In this document: positions 19,820-29,805 of the stretch, one piece after another
Position numbering within the stretch: the first letter of the stretch is position 1
How the letters are laid out: each line of letters opens with the position of its first letter
Virus record (IMG/VR): IMGVR_UViG_3300032954_000005
Span: 13,249 to 77,248 of that record
Source: a virus
DNA length: 64,000 nt
Reading direction: 5' to 3' (one strand)
Notes under the pieces: generated by a model
Database searches by the model: none
What the model was told of the DNA's origin: nothing
What the model saw: the letters and a program-made list of their open reading frames with translations, nothing else
Translations under genes and position numbers: made by a program

Positions 19820-20560
19820 GTGAAAGAAGAGGCTTGTCCGCACTACAGCACCGTTACAGCGCGTACGTGCCGCGTTATGTTCTTTGAGTGCCGCGGCGCC
19901 GGGTGCTACTACCGCGGGTGCGAGCCGTGCATCGAGGAGCACGAACGAACGTGCCCAGAGGTGCTATTAACGCGAAAGCGCGAGGCGCCCGCGAAGGATG
20001 ACGTATGAACGCGCCGAAGCGAACCCGCTTTCTTCATTCGCCCACGCCCGGCACGCTCCTGTTTGAGCCGGGGCTGACGGTGAACCTGACGCTCTTACCG
20101 CATCCACGCCCGGTGCTTGGGCTGCTGTTCTGCCGGCACCGCGACCGCGGGCACTTTACCTGGGTCAACGCGACAGCGCACTGGGCGGTGACGGGCGACT
20201 ACTGCCGCGCGTGCTTCCGCGTGCTGCGGTGGGAAAGGATCTACTGATGAGCGACGACCGCTACGTGTGGATGAATGCGCGCTACCGCGGCCGGTGCCAC
20301 GAGTGCAGGCGCGCGATCGCCACGGGCGAGCGCATGCTGTACGACGCCCTTGACCGCGTGGCGTACTGCGAGGAGCACGGCGAGGAGATCCAGCCAGGAG
20401 TGGTGAAATGACAGAAAAGCAATGGGCCTTACTTTGTAGGTTTATGCTCACCGCGCTGCGCTTAATCGCATTGACCGCGGCTAAGCTTGAGGTCGAGATC
20501 GCCCAAGACGTCAGAGGTGATTTTTACCGGCTAAAGGAAGACCTAACAAGCGAGCTGAGA
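19820..20560 (+). other. Small Cys-rich hypothetical genes
   Basis: ORFs 19820-20008, 20005-20247 and one ending at 20411. Confidence 0.45.
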
Positions 20561-22464
20561 TGAGCGCGCCCAAGGTCACGATCGTCGACTTCGAGACGGA
20601 GCGGATTCAGCCGCGGCCGCACTATCCTCCTAAGCCCGTGGGCGTGGCGCTGCGCTACCCCGGGCGGCGGGCGAAGTACCTGGCGTGGGGGCACTCGTCG
20701 GGGAACAACACGACGCGCGACGCGGCCGTGCGCGAGCTGCGCGACGTGTGGCACGGCGATCTTCTTTTTCAGCACGCGAAGTTCGACCTCGACGTGGCGG
20801 AGACCCACCTCGGGCTGCGCCCGCCGCCCTGGGACCGCGTTCACGATACGAAGTACCTTATCTTCTTCCGCGACCCGTACGCGCCGTCACTGTCGCTGAA
20901 GCCGAGCGCTGAGCGCCTCCTGGGCATCAAGCCCGAGGAGCGCGATCGCCTGCGGGAGTGGGTGCTCGGGCATGTGCCCGAGGCGCGCCGGAAGCCAACA
21001 GAGTGGGGCGCGTACATCGCGCGCGCCCCGGGGAACATCGTGGCGCCTTACGCGTGCCAGGATGTTGACGATACTGCAGCGCTGTTCGACCACCTGTGGC
21101 GTGAGGTGGTCGAGGGCTGGTCGATGCGTGAGGCGTACGACCGCGAGCGCCGGCTCATGCCGATCCTCCTTGAAAATGAGCGCGCGGGTGTGCGCGTCGA
21201 CCTCGACGCGATGCGGCGCGACCTCGTCGTTTATAAGAAGGCGCTCGAGACGGCGGACGCGTGGCTACGTAAACGCTTAGGCCTACCAAGGGACGCAAAC
21301 ATCGACAGCGACCCGCTGATGGCGCAGGCGTTCGTCAACGCGCGGGTCGTTACCGGCCTCAAGCGCACCGCGCCTACGAAGAAGTTTCCCGACGGGCAGC
21401 CGTCGGTGTCGGGAAAGAACCTCACGCCCGACATGTTCCTCGACCCGCAGGTGGCGTCGGCGTACGCATATCGCAATAAGCTGTCGACGTGCCTGGGGAC
21501 GTTTCTTGAGCCCTGGATCGAGCTGGCGCAGGAGTCGGCTGGCGACCCGCGCATACATACCTCGTGGAACCAGGTACGCGCGTCGGAGTCGGGTGGAAAG
21601 TCGTCGGAGGGCGCGCGCTCGGGCCGCATGTCGAACCAGCCCTCGCTGTCGAACGTTCCCGTGGACTGGTCGAAGGCGAAGGGAGAGGGGTACGTCCACC
21701 CTGGGTTCCTCAAGGTTCCAAAGCTTCCGCTCATGCGCGTCTACTTCCTGCCCGACCCCGGGGAGCGGTGGGGAAAGCGCGACTACAACGGGCAGGAGCT
21801 GCGCATCCTCGCCCACTACGAGGACGGGCCGCTCCTCGCGCGTTATCAGGCGAACCCGCTCGTCGACATCCACCAGGAGGTGCGGGAGGGGTTCATTCAG
21901 TACGCGAACGTCGACCGCCCCAGAAAGTCGGTAAAAAACGCGAACTTCGCCGACATCTACGGCGAGGGCATCGGCCAGCAGGCCACGACCCTGGGAATCA
22001 GCGTGGCGCAGATGCGTCTGCTGCGCCACATCAAGGACACGCAGCTCCTGCCCGGCGTGGCGTCGCTGCGCCACGAGCTGATGCGGATCTGGAAAACGGG
22101 CGGCGCGATTAGGACGCTGGGCGGGCGGGAGTACTACTGCGAGCCCGCGCGGTTCGTTAAAAAGCAGAACCGGGTGATGGACTTCGCGTACAAGGCGCTG
22201 AACTACCTCATCCAGCCCTCGGGGGCCGACATGATCAAGCAGTCGATCATCGACTATCATGAGCACCCGAAGAGAGAAGCGCGGTGGCTGCTCTCGGTCC
22301 ACGACGAGAACGACGCGTCGATGCCGCGGTCGAAGGCTGGGCACCGGGAGCAGCAGCGCGTCCTTGCCGAGGCGATGGAGGGCGCGTTTAAGCTCGACCT
22401 GAAGATTATTACGGACGGCGAGAGCGGGCCCAACTGGGCCAAGCTCGAAAAGTGGGAGGACTAG
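20560..22464 (+). CDS. polA: DNA polymerase family A with 3'-5' exonuclease
   Basis: Exo DFETE, HAKFD and YACQD; motif A DYNGQELRILAH, motif B RKSVKNANFADIYG, motif C VHDE. Confidence 0.95.
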   Translation: MSAPKVTIVDFETERIQPRPHYPPKPVGVALRYPGRRAKYLAWGHSSGNNTTRDAAVRELRDVWHGDLLFQHAKFDLDVAETHLGLRPPPWDRVHDTKYLIFFRDPYAPSLSLKPSAERLLGIKPEERDRLREWVLGHVPEARRKPTEWGAYIARAPGNIVAPYACQDVDDTAALFDHLWREVVEGWSMREAYDRERRLMPILLENERAGVRVDLDAMRRDLVVYKKALETADAWLRKRLGLPRDANIDSDPLMAQAFVNARVVTGLKRTAPTKKFPDGQPSVSGKNLTPDMFLDPQVASAYAYRNKLSTCLGTFLEPWIELAQESAGDPRIHTSWNQVRASESGGKSSEGARSGRMSNQPSLSNVPVDWSKAKGEGYVHPGFLKVPKLPLMRVYFLPDPGERWGKRDYNGQELRILAHYEDGPLLARYQANPLVDIHQEVREGFIQYANVDRPRKSVKNANFADIYGEGIGQQATTLGISVAQMRLLRHIKDTQLLPGVASLRHELMRIWKTGGAIRTLGGREYYCEPARFVKKQNRVMDFAYKALNYLIQPSGADMIKQSIIDYHEHPKREARWLLSVHDENDASMPRSKAGHREQQRVLAEAMEGAFKLDLKIITDGESGPNWAKLEKWED

Positions 22465-22674
22465 AGTGAAGCACAAGGGCTGCGGCGGCGAGGTGATTTT
22501 CGATGCTGATGAGGTATTTTTCAAAGGATACCGCTTTACTGGAGAAGAGGCAAAGCAGTTCGGCGCGTTCGTTTCGGCGACTGTTTGCCTGAGATGCAAG
22601 CAAGAGGTTATCGGCGACCGCGATGATTGACCTGGGAGAGAACGAATTTATGTACAATGAGACGAAGGAGAAGA

Positions 22675-23379
22675 ATGCCAACCCCTAAGCTGGTGACGAT
22701 TACGGCGTGGTCGTACTCGCGCTACAACGACTACGTAAAGTGCCCGGCGCTCGCGAAGTACAAGCATGTGCTGCGCATCCCCGAGCCCTCTAACCATGCC
22801 ATGGAGCGTGGCGGCGTGATCGATCAGCTCGCGGCGGACTACGCGCTGAAGAAGTTGCCCGCAGCGCCCGTGCCCGCGGAGCTCGCGCGGTTCGCGGAGG
22901 AGTTCAAGCTGCTGCGCCGGGAGAAGTCGCTCGTGGCGCAGGCGGAGTGGGCGTTCACCGCGACGTTCGACCCCTGCGGGTGGAAGGACTGGGGGCGCGC
23001 CTGGGTCAGGATCAAGACGGACCTCCACTACCTGACGGGCAGGGGGAAGGCGTGCGTCGTCATCGACGTCAAGACTGGGCGCGAGTACCCGGAGCACAAG
23101 AAGCAGCTGTCCCTCTACGCCCTGGGGGCGTTCCTCACGTACCCGAACGTCGAGCGGGTAACGGTGGCCGATTGGTACGTTGACCAGGGAACGATCGGGG
23201 GGCCGGAGGCGTGGGAGTGCAATCAGCTCGACGCGCTGAAGCTGGAGTGGATCAAGGCGACGAAGCGCCTCCTCAGTGACACGGCGTTCGCACCCACGCC
23301 CGGCCCGCAGTGCAAGTGGTGCTTCTTCCGGAGGAGCAACGCGGCGGCGGGCGGCGGGCAGTGCAAGTTTGACGGCTAA
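22675..23379 (+). CDS. Cas4-like PD-(D/E)xK exonuclease
   Basis: WSYS...CP, KTD...IDVKTG, QLSLY and C-terminal CKWC...C cluster. Confidence 0.85.
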   Translation: MPTPKLVTITAWSYSRYNDYVKCPALAKYKHVLRIPEPSNHAMERGGVIDQLAADYALKKLPAAPVPAELARFAEEFKLLRREKSLVAQAEWAFTATFDPCGWKDWGRAWVRIKTDLHYLTGRGKACVVIDVKTGREYPEHKKQLSLYALGAFLTYPNVERVTVADWYVDQGTIGGPEAWECNQLDALKLEWIKATKRLLSDTAFAPTPGPQCKWCFFRRSNAAAGGGQCKFDG

Positions 23380-23386
23380 GGAGGGT

Positions 23387-23716
23387 ATGACGATGCGTTG
23401 CTTCTACTGTGGCACCGTGCTGACGACGGCCCCCGCGGCGCGCAGTCCGCGCCGGGCAAGTGTAGATCACCTTACGCCGTTGAGCCGGGGCGGGCGCGAT
23501 AAGCGCAACAACAAGGTGCGGGCGTGCCAGGCGTGCAACCGCGACAAGGGTCCGCTGACGCTCGAGGAGTACCGCGTAATTAAGTTGTTTCGCGCGGGCA
23601 AGCTTAACACTAATAGCTTGGACAGTCTTCAACTTGTAGATCGCCCCTGTTATGAGTTTTGGGGCGAGCGGCAGCTTCGTGAGCGGAAGGAAAAAAACGC
23701 TGAATGCGATTCATAA
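23387..23716 (+). CDS. HNH endonuclease
   Basis: CFYCG...VDHLTPLSRGG...N...ACQACNRDKG. Confidence 0.9.
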   Translation: MTMRCFYCGTVLTTAPAARSPRRASVDHLTPLSRGGRDKRNNKVRACQACNRDKGPLTLEEYRVIKLFRAGKLNTNSLDSLQLVDRPCYEFWGERQLRERKEKNAECDS

Positions 23717-24030
23717 TGAAGCGAGAGTCGGCGATCGAGCAGAACATCGTCAGCTACTCCCTGGAGAGGTACCGCGTGGGGTCGATCAAGCTCAACGTGA
23801 TGTCGAACGCTGGTTACCCCGACCGCCTCTTCCTGTTCCCCAGGCGCCCGACGTGGCTGGAGATCAAGAAGCCCGGGGAGGAGCCGACGCCCCTCCAGTA
23901 CACGCGCCTCCAGGAGCTTGAACAGCTGGGCTACACGGCGGCGTGGGTCGACAACGAGGCGGATGGGCGCGCGTTCGTCGATCGCTGCGCGACGTTGGCG
24001 TTACGCAAGAGGAAAGATGCTAAACGATAA
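23704..24030 (+). CDS. VRR-NUC nuclease
   Basis: ESAIE...GYPDRL...WLEIKKPG..PTPLQ. Confidence 0.88.
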   Translation: MRFIMKRESAIEQNIVSYSLERYRVGSIKLNVMSNAGYPDRLFLFPRRPTWLEIKKPGEEPTPLQYTRLQELEQLGYTAAWVDNEADGRAFVDRCATLALRKRKDAKR

Positions 24031-25507
24031 CGGAGCAATTACGCCGCAGGAGTGGAGGCCGGAGCCCTACCAGGTGCACGGCGTGGAGTTCTTGGTCGGG
24101 CAGGGCGCCGCGGGCCTCTTCTTCCCGCCCGGCATGCGAAAGACGTCGGTCGTGCTCAAGGCCCTGAAGACGCTGCGCGACGCCGAGCAGGTCGGGTCGG
24201 CGCTGGTGGTCGCGCCGCGCCGCCCCTGCCACCTCGTGTGGCCGCGTGAGATCCAGAAGTGGCGTGAGTTCAACGACCTCACGTACGTCGTCCTTCATGG
24301 CCTGACCGAGAAGCAGCGCGGGCGCGCGCTCGAGGAGAAGGAGAGAAAAGATTTATACATCATCAATCCGGACGGGCTCCCCTGGCTCCTCAAGGACAAG
24401 CTGCGGCTCCGCCGGCTGGGGATCGACGTGCTAATTGTGGATGAAAGTAGTAAGTTTAAGCACGCGAACACGCAGCGCTTCAAGCTGGTGAAGCCGTTCC
24501 TTCCGCAGTTCAAGCGGCGCTACATCATGACGGGAACGCCCAACCCGAACGGGTACCTCGACCTTTTCGGGCAGATCTACCTCCTCGACCTGGGGGCGGC
24601 GCTGAGCCCGTACTACTCGCACTACCGCAACACCTACTTCTACTCGGTCGACAAGTTCGGCTGGAAGTGGAACCTGATGCCCGGCGCTGACCAGCTGATC
24701 CAGAGGCAGATCAAGCCGCTGATCCTCTGCCTCGACGACAAGGACTACATCAAGCTTCCGCGGTTCGTCGGGACGGCGGGCGACGCGACGGAGCACCAGA
24801 TTCGGGTGGAGCTCCCGCCCGACGCGCGTAGAATCTACGACCAGCTCGAGGAAGACATGATCGCGCGCGTGGGGGGCGAGACCGTGCTGGCGGTGAACGC
24901 GGGTGTCGTCACCCAGAAGTGCGCGCAGGTGGCGAATGGTGGCATCTACTACGATGAGGCGCCGGGGGCGGACCTGCGCGAGCGCGCGCCGCGCCGGACG
25001 GTGCAGCTGCACGACGCGAAGACCGAGGCGCTTCAGGAGCTGATCGACGAGCTGAACGGCGCGAGTCTTCTCGTGCTGTACGACTATCATCACGACCTGG
25101 AGCGGCTAGCAGCCGCGTTCTTTCCCAGGGTACCATTGAAGGACGTTCCCTACATCGGCGGGCAGGTGACTGACCGGCGCACCGCCGAGCTGTGCGACCG
25201 CTGGAACGCGAACCAGCTCCCGCTTCTTCTCGGTCACCCCGCGGCGATGGGGCACGGGCTGAATCTCCAGGACGGCGGGCAGCACATCTGCTGGTACTCG
25301 ATCCCGTGGGACCTCGAGCTGTACGATCAGACGAACCGCCGCGTCAGGCGTAGCGGGTCACGCCACGCGCGGGTGTTCGTTCACCACCTGGTGGCGGAGG
25401 CGACGGTGGACGTGGCGAAGATGGCGGCGCTGCGCCGCAAGGATAAGACCCAGCGCGGGCTCCTTGACGCGCTGCGGGAGTACATTGGCAAGAAGAAAGG
25501 ACGATGA
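24017..25507 (+). CDS. SNF2-family helicase
   Basis: PGMRKT, IVDESS, MTGTP, GHGLNLQ and QTNRRVRR motifs. Confidence 0.92.
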   Translation: MLNDNGAITPQEWRPEPYQVHGVEFLVGQGAAGLFFPPGMRKTSVVLKALKTLRDAEQVGSALVVAPRRPCHLVWPREIQKWREFNDLTYVVLHGLTEKQRGRALEEKERKDLYIINPDGLPWLLKDKLRLRRLGIDVLIVDESSKFKHANTQRFKLVKPFLPQFKRRYIMTGTPNPNGYLDLFGQIYLLDLGAALSPYYSHYRNTYFYSVDKFGWKWNLMPGADQLIQRQIKPLILCLDDKDYIKLPRFVGTAGDATEHQIRVELPPDARRIYDQLEEDMIARVGGETVLAVNAGVVTQKCAQVANGGIYYDEAPGADLRERAPRRTVQLHDAKTEALQELIDELNGASLLVLYDYHHDLERLAAAFFPRVPLKDVPYIGGQVTDRRTAELCDRWNANQLPLLLGHPAAMGHGLNLQDGGQHICWYSIPWDLELYDQTNRRVRRSGSRHARVFVHHLVAEATVDVAKMAALRRKDKTQRGLLDALREYIGKKKGR

Positions 25508-25863
25508 CGATGTCGGGTTTCGTGGTAGTAAAACTGCGGTGGCCCAGGTCGGTGCCGCTTGACCAGATTAGCGAGAAGTTCCTGCAGGGCATGCTCGACC
25601 GCATGGCGATGGGGTTCCACACCTATGGTCATGTTATGCGTGACGAGAATGTGCCCGACGCACTGGCGTCCCTCGACGTGCGGCTGAAGAAGTACCGCGT
25701 CACCGGGAACACTGAGTTCCTGATGGACTGCGCGAACTTCTGCATGATGGAGTTTATGCGCCCGTCGGTCGAGGACGCGTACTTCGAGCCGACAACGAAG
25801 CGGGAGAGTCCGGGCGCGGTTCTCCTCGACAAGCGGCGGGTGAAAGGCAAGGAGGACTACTAA
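25504..25863 (+). CDS. Hypothetical helical protein at the start of the modification cluster
   Basis: 119 aa, TGNTEFLMDCANFCMMEF; coupled to the helicase stop. Confidence 0.6.
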   Translation: MTMSGFVVVKLRWPRSVPLDQISEKFLQGMLDRMAMGFHTYGHVMRDENVPDALASLDVRLKKYRVTGNTEFLMDCANFCMMEFMRPSVEDAYFEPTTKRESPGAVLLDKRRVKGKEDY

Positions 25864-25996
25864 TGAAGATCGTACGGCCGTACATGCGAATGCTGACGAC
25901 GGGCGACGTCTTATTCGTCAGGCACCGTCTTGCGTCGTACACCCAGGAGGACATCGAACCTGAGGGGCGCCAGATCGACAACCTAAGGAGGGCGCG

Positions 25997-26761
25997 ATGA
26001 GGATTGGAATTATCGGAAACGGGGTTCTCGGGTCCACGCTTCACAGGTGGTTCCGTGAAAAATTTGTTGACGTTGCAGTCTACGACGCGAACCCTGAGCG
26101 GTCGCTGAATACGTTCGACGAGGTGGCGGCGGCCGACTGGGCGTTTATCTGCATCAACATCCTCGACAACTGCGCTTCGTTGGAGTCACGTTGGTCGCTG
26201 CTTAACTTGACGCGTGAGCTTTCGAGGGTGAAGACGATCGTTGTGCGCACGACGGTCGTTCCGGGAACAACCGACTTTCTTCGCACGCGGACGGGGTTGA
26301 CGATCCTGTTTTGGCCCGAGTTCCTGGTCGAGCGCGCGCCGTGGCGGTCGTTCTCCGAGCCTGCGCTTCAGGTCGTCGGCGCGGCGCGGGAGGACCTTGC
26401 AGTCGCCTATACGCTGCAGCGGATGGCGCCCGCCGCGAGCTGCTGCGCGCGCGTCGTTACGCCGCGCCAGGCGGAGATTCTAAAGCACGCGCTCAACGCG
26501 TGGCTCGCGACAAAGGTGAGCTTCTTTAACCAGCTCTACGACTACTTCGGCGACGACCTTGGGCCGGTGGTCGAGGCTCTGCGGCATGAGCCGCGCGTGG
26601 GCGCGACGCACATGGACCAATATCAGGACGGCTACCGCGGCTGGGGCGGCAAGTGCTTCACGAAGGACGTTCCTGCGCTCGCCGCGCTCACAAAGGGAAC
26701 GATCCTCGATGCGGTCGTAAAGTATAACGACGCGCTGATAAGGAAGGGAGAGAAGGGATGA
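25997..26761 (+). CDS. UDP-glucose/GDP-mannose dehydrogenase family protein lacking the C-terminal domain
   Basis: GNGVLG Rossmann motif, RTTVVPGTT, PEFL, AEILK...N.WLATKVSFFN and GWGGKCF.KD catalytic Cys. Confidence 0.9.
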   Translation: MRIGIIGNGVLGSTLHRWFREKFVDVAVYDANPERSLNTFDEVAAADWAFICINILDNCASLESRWSLLNLTRELSRVKTIVVRTTVVPGTTDFLRTRTGLTILFWPEFLVERAPWRSFSEPALQVVGAAREDLAVAYTLQRMAPAASCCARVVTPRQAEILKHALNAWLATKVSFFNQLYDYFGDDLGPVVEALRHEPRVGATHMDQYQDGYRGWGGKCFTKDVPALAALTKGTILDAVVKYNDALIRKGEKG

Positions 26762-27792
26762 GGATACTCCTAACGGGCTTCAACGCCCGCTCGACGGGCT
26801 CCAAGCTTCTGCGGATGACGTACGTATCGACCTCGGGCGCGCTCCTCCGCGGCCTCAGCGACCTCGGGCACGAGGTCGACATGCGCCCTCCCGTGTTCGG
26901 GGAAGACCTGTCGGCGTACGACCTCGCGCTCATCGCGCTCGCCCTCCTGGGGGCGCGCGGGACGTACCACCACGAGAAGTGCGCATGGGTCTTAAAGGCG
27001 ATGGCGGACCGCTGCGTCCTCTACTTCGACGACTGGTCGACGTACCTCCTCGCCTACGACATGGACTACCGCCTCAACGTGATCCGCGACAAGTACCTCA
27101 GGTGGCGCGGCTGGGAGAACCTCCCGAGGAACGTGCGCACGACGCTCGTCGAGGAGATGAACCGTATCATCTCTCCCTCCTGCCCGTGGCCGCTCCTTCT
27201 TCCGACGTTCGCGTGGGGCGACCACTCCCTGATCACAACAGCGCGCCCCGGGTTCGCGCTTCACCCGTCGCGGGTGTACACGCTCGACCCGACCTACCTC
27301 GCAGAGCTTCCCCCGGTTCCCGTTCCCGCTCCCGCGGCGCGGCGCGAGCACGCGTGGGTGCACGCGACCCTCCAGGACAACGACCGCTGGCTCGAACGCC
27401 AACAGTGCGGGTGGCCCGTGAAGCGCTTCGGGAACGTTCGCCTCGGTGACCCGTGCGTGGACGAAGAGATGGTCGTCAACGAGTACGCGCGCGCGTGGGG
27501 CATAACCTGCCCAGAGTATAAGATCTCCGGCTCCGGCTGGTGGCGCATGCGTTACCACTACGCGGCCGCACTGGGGTGTGTGATGCTGACGACGGGGGCC
27601 GACGCTCGAGCGCTGGGCGAGGCGTTTCAGTTCACCGCGCGTGACTACGAGGCGATGGCTCTGAAAAGGCTGCGGGAGGTCGCGCAAGCGCAGGGCGATC
27701 GCGTACGCGAAACGATGGACACGCGCAGGCAGGCGCTCGCGAAGCTCGCGCGCATGGTCGACGATAACGCACGGAAAAGGAGATCACGTTGA
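26758..27792 (+). CDS. GT-B glycosyltransferase, T4 beta-glucosyltransferase-like
   Basis: MRILLTG...LSDLGHEV...YDL N-terminus; WWRMRYHYAAALGCVML parallels the C-terminal motif of T4 BGT as I recall it; gene context. Confidence 0.65.
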   Translation: MRILLTGFNARSTGSKLLRMTYVSTSGALLRGLSDLGHEVDMRPPVFGEDLSAYDLALIALALLGARGTYHHEKCAWVLKAMADRCVLYFDDWSTYLLAYDMDYRLNVIRDKYLRWRGWENLPRNVRTTLVEEMNRIISPSCPWPLLLPTFAWGDHSLITTARPGFALHPSRVYTLDPTYLAELPPVPVPAPAARREHAWVHATLQDNDRWLERQQCGWPVKRFGNVRLGDPCVDEEMVVNEYARAWGITCPEYKISGSGWWRMRYHYAAALGCVMLTTGADARALGEAFQFTARDYEAMALKRLREVAQAQGDRVRETMDTRRQALAKLARMVDDNARKRRSR

Positions 27793-28892
27793 AGCCCGTA
27801 CTTTTAATCAACAGCTACGCCGGGTCGCTGAACATTGCGGCCCACGCCGTCGGGGCGAAGATCGTCGGCTCCTACGAGGACTGCGGGTTCGGGCTCAGCG
27901 CGCAACAGCTCAACTATCCGGGCCTCGACTACCGCGCGACGACCGCCGACTGGCCGCGGCGTCCTGACCTCGCGGGTTGCGTTGTGATCGCGCACCCGCC
28001 CTGCGCAGCGTTCTCCGTAATAAATAGTTCATACGGTAAAGATATTCGTGGAGTTAAAGCTAATAGCTTTCAGCCGCACAAGGTCGTGATGCGGTACGCG
28101 CTCGGCGCGGGTTGTGATGGGCTGGCGATCGAGTCGGTGCCGGGTGTGCTGCGCGCCGCGTCCGTGTACCTCGATTACGCGCGCCGCTACCGGTACAATG
28201 CGTTCTTCGTGAAGCTGAACTCCGTGACGTTCGGTTGTCCTCAGTGGCGCCCGCGTGTCTGGATTCTCTTCAGCCGCGAGCCCGCGCTCGCCGTGGAGTA
28301 CACGCCGAACGTTCAGCCGCTGTCAACCGTCATGCGCGTGAAGGGGACGCCCGACTTTAACACGATCTTTTACCAGAAGACGATCGCCGCCTTGGCGAAG
28401 ATCACGCGCGTGTCGGAGAACGAGGCCTACGAGACGCTCTACTCGGGCGAGCGCATCGCTACCGTTCGCAAAATTGTTCAAGATACATACGGAGAAAAAA
28501 TACATGAGCGTTGGCTTCAAGCGTGCGGAAGTTTTTTCGACATGCATTATCCGCGCGTTGTAAGCTCAGAACGTTGGGCGACGACGATCCTGCACAGCAC
28601 GTTCTTCGTCTGTCACGGGCGCCCGCTCTTCGTCGAGGAGTACGAGGGAATCATGGGGTTCCCGCGCGATTGGCGGTGGCCCGACAAGCTGCGGCGCAGC
28701 TACAAGCTTTACCTCTCAAAGGGCGTCTGCCCGCCCGTCGCGGCGTGGGTGCTGCGCGCTTTGGGCGAGGAACCCGCGCACCCGAACCTGCAGCTGCTTC
28801 CACGGCAGCTGTGCGACATCACCGTTACCCAGAAAGAGGCCGTCGAGCTTCTTACGCAGCAGCGAAGGAGAAAAAATGCGGGCGTTAAATAG
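27789..28892 (+). CDS. C5 cytosine DNA methyltransferase-like protein
   Basis: HPPCAAFS (motif IV), IESVPG (VI), PQWRPRVW (VIII), IMGFPRDW (IX), KGV.PPVA (X); motif I atypical (SYAGSL). Confidence 0.82.
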   Translation: MKPVLLINSYAGSLNIAAHAVGAKIVGSYEDCGFGLSAQQLNYPGLDYRATTADWPRRPDLAGCVVIAHPPCAAFSVINSSYGKDIRGVKANSFQPHKVVMRYALGAGCDGLAIESVPGVLRAASVYLDYARRYRYNAFFVKLNSVTFGCPQWRPRVWILFSREPALAVEYTPNVQPLSTVMRVKGTPDFNTIFYQKTIAALAKITRVSENEAYETLYSGERIATVRKIVQDTYGEKIHERWLQACGSFFDMHYPRVVSSERWATTILHSTFFVCHGRPLFVEEYEGIMGFPRDWRWPDKLRRSYKLYLSKGVCPPVAAWVLRALGEEPAHPNLQLLPRQLCDITVTQKEAVELLTQQRRRKNAGVK

Positions 28893-29805
28893 GGTCGTCA
28901 TCGTTGAGGGGCCAGACGGCGCGGGCAAGACCACGCTGTGCCGTGAGCTGAAGGAGCGCTACCGCGAGTGGGGAGCGTCCGTCGCCCCGATCATGGAGCA
29001 CGAGGGCGTGCCCGCGGCGGGCGTCGACCCGTTCACCAGCTATACGGAGAAGCTCCTGCGCTACCTGACGGCGCGCGTCCCGCGCGTCCTCGACCGCTTC
29101 CACCTCGGGGAAACGGTCTACGGCCCGATCTGCCGCGGCGAATCGAAGCTGGGCGCCTACGGCGTGCGCCTTCTCGACCGCCTCTGCGCGGCGTACGGCG
29201 TCGCGATCATCGTCGCGCTTCCCGCGCGCGCGACGTGCGTCGCGAACTGGCGCCTGAAGGATGACTACGTCAAGACGGAGGCGACGTTCAGTGCGGTCTA
29301 TGACGCCTACGTGTCCTTAAAATTTCGCTACCTAGCCTACGACTACGAACGCGAGGGTAGCCTGACGGATCTCTTCGAGTATCTAAATAAGCCGCGGCCG
29401 ACGCTTCCGCTGGGGGCGGCGGGGAGCCCCGCCGCGCGCGTCCTCCTCGTGGGCGAGCGCCCGAATGGGGCGCTTGACCTGCCGTTCCACGCGCTCACGA
29501 ACAGCTCACGCTATCTAAACGACGCCCTCGAGCGGGCGGGGCTCCCTGAGTACGCGCTCGCCCTGGCCAACGCGCGCCGCTGGGACAACCAGCCGTTCGA
29601 CCTGCACGCGTTGGCCGCGCAGCTACCGAACCTGCGGCTCGTCGTTCCACTGGGAAACGTCGCGGCGCGCGCCGTTCACGCGCTGGCGCACAACGGGGTC
29701 GACGTTCTCCCGCTTCCCCACCCGCAGCACTGGAAGCGGTTTCACGCGCGGGAGGCTGAGGCCTATGTTCAAATGCTCAAGGAGGTGAAGCGTGTCGCGC
29801 TTTAA
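28876..29805 (+). CDS. dNMP kinase fused to a uracil-DNA-glycosylase-like domain
   Basis: VEGPDGAGKTT P-loop and DRFHLGE.VYG; C-terminal half LLVGERPN...LGNVA...LPHPQHW. Confidence 0.8.
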   Translation: MRALNRVVIVEGPDGAGKTTLCRELKERYREWGASVAPIMEHEGVPAAGVDPFTSYTEKLLRYLTARVPRVLDRFHLGETVYGPICRGESKLGAYGVRLLDRLCAAYGVAIIVALPARATCVANWRLKDDYVKTEATFSAVYDAYVSLKFRYLAYDYEREGSLTDLFEYLNKPRPTLPLGAAGSPAARVLLVGERPNGALDLPFHALTNSSRYLNDALERAGLPEYALALANARRWDNQPFDLHALAAQLPNLRLVVPLGNVAARAVHALAHNGVDVLPLPHPQHWKRFHAREAEAYVQMLKEVKRVAL

